A model generated the notes under the pieces. That model searched no databases, was not told where the DNA came from, and worked only from the letters and a program-made list of their open reading frames with translations. From Chlorokybus atmophyticus (taxonomy: Eukaryota > Plantae > Mesostigma and Chlorokybus algae): 64,000 nucleotides of DNA. This document shows, in pieces, positions 53,447 through 64,000 of this stretch. The first letter of the stretch is position 1; the number at the start of each line of letters is the position of its first letter. The position numbers and the translations under genes were made by a program. The stretch is from the NCBI GenBank assembly GCA_009103225.1, contig RHPI01002503.1, positions 687,585 to 751,584 of the forward strand, written 5' to 3'.

Positions 53447-54632
53447 GAGTTTCTTTTGCTTCTTAAGGGTGGATGCGGAGACGCTGCTTTCAGAGGTGAG
53501 TGCATAGAAGGGAAGCAACAAAGGCTATGTAACACTGGTCAGCTGGTTGAAACTCTAGTTGCAGCTCATGCGTTGGCGTGTGGCGTATTGCACAGATGAA
53601 GGCTAAGGACCCCTCATTGGGACGCATTGCACGAGTAGAGCCTGATTCCTCAGATAAGGTTCTTTGTTGTAGAAAGCACAGTTGGCTGAGTATCCGATAA
53701 CGACTGTTGGTTGCAACATGCAACACGTTTCAAGACGCAATGCTTGCGGCTTTTATCAACTGCCCAAGAGGCCTGGTGTTGCTGTTTGGTTCTTGCCGGA
53801 AGCCAAGTCAAGAATGCTCTTATGGTGGGATTTGGGAGGATGCTACAAGTGGCAGTGTGTGTGCGTGTGCCATTGTGGCACTGACAGCTTTGGCAAGCAG
53901 CGGGAAAACAAGAAGAAGGGCTGAGAAGCAGCACTTTTTGCCCCAAGCACCAGTCCACGTGCACGGCGTACCTGTTTTGCAGGTATGACGTGCTGTGGTA
54001 CACTGATGTAATGTCAACATCTAATTCACTTCATGGTATCAGTGACTTGTGTCGATGTGTAGTCGCAAACCCTCAGCAATCGTGTTGGAAATCAGCGGTA
54101 ACTGCCAGTTACATGGCAAAGGCGCGTCTGCAGTGGCTAGTAAGCTCAGCAGTAGACTACTTGTCAGATTGTCCCAGCAAGTATGATGCCTTTGCATTAA
54201 CAACCATACACCATAGATCACGGCTTCCTCGGAAGCTTGACCTCGCTACACAACGATGTGCAGGAGGATCTTGAGAAGTCATTGGAGGCAGCACTGCAAA
54301 ACTCCGCGCAGGAAAGGTGTCACAGCCCCGGCTCATGACATTGAGGTATAGCTTGCATGATAATCTTGTTCTGCTTGGTTGGATGCAAGGCATAGGCTGA
54401 CACCAAGCGCGGTCACGCACAGGTTGAAGTGTTTGAAAACGTGTTGAACATAGTTGAGGTATGTTATGAGCGTCGAGTGACGCGTCATGGTTGAACACAT
54501 GCTCATGGATTGGTACACGTCCAACCTGTGGTTGCATGCAGCAGTCCGACGGCAATGTGCCGTTGAGTGTTGTGTTCATCGCACGTGGCCAACTAGAAGC
54601 GTTGGCCAAGATGCCAGCGAACCCATTCTAGA
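53447..54632 (+). CDS. Possible uncharacterised multi-exon gene convergent on the ankyrin gene
   Basis: Short AG..GT bounded blocks reading AEFLLLLKGGCGDAAFR, MKAKDPSLGRIARVEPDSSDK, EDLEKSLEAALQNSAQER and VEVFENVLNIVE. A full model could not be closed. Confidence 0.33.
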
Positions 54633-54959
54633 CCAGCTGTTACGTAGACGCTAGCTTCATGCTCACAATTTGGCGTACGTGATTGCTTCAGTAGCTTGCA
54701 TAGTTGATGTCTTTGAGAAGTTCGAATTGACACCCACAGTGGCACGTATGTAACATGCAACAGCAGTTTTGGTCACTGCAGGACTGTGCAGTGGTGCGAG
54801 GGTTGATCTTGCCCGCATGATGCGTTCAGTCAGACCTTGAGTCACAGCAACACTGGGCTGGTTACCAAGGTGAGTGTTAAGTAACAAGCAGGTGGTGATG
54901 TAAGCAGCATGGATTGGTGTAACCTGCATACTACTGCGTACATTAGATAGAGCAAAGGA

Positions 54960-64000
<9,041 letters not shown>

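Overview
Eukaryotic, intron-rich nuclear DNA from a flagellated green alga. It may be an early-diverging streptophyte; this is inferred from plant-like SKIP31/FIP37/CREG genes beside the axonemal gene CFAP73. The draft assembly has three N gaps and N-joined (GA)n tracts. Host genes recognised: TruA-type pseudouridine synthase, TMEM42, CREG-like protein, APC11, an intronless ORF 26 nt behind APC11, F-box SKIP31, FIP37/WTAP, CFAP73/CCDC42, an NT-C2 coiled-coil protein, an intronless bacterial-type SRPBCC protein, a large ankyrin/acidic/coiled-coil gene, and several orphan genes. Four DNA transposons have ends readable at base level. (1) A 4.7 kb PIF/Harbinger (23-bp TIRs, TTA TSD, transposase with a nonsense codon, Myb/SANT partner gene). 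(2) A 1.3 kb hAT derivative (8-bp TSD ACCAAGGT). (3) A 5.9 kb pogo-like element with an apparently intact spliced transposase. (4) A second 3.0 kb pogo/Fot1-like element nested inside it. Best leads: the APC11/downstream-ORF locus (bicistronic, or two proteins sharing exon 1), a 170-bp fold-back over the first visible pogo transposase exon, a probable bacterial gene transfer, a pre-miRNA-like hairpin, and repeated GC-AG introns. No CRISPR array, rRNA or tRNA gene was seen. All family assignments come from recalled motifs, not database searches.
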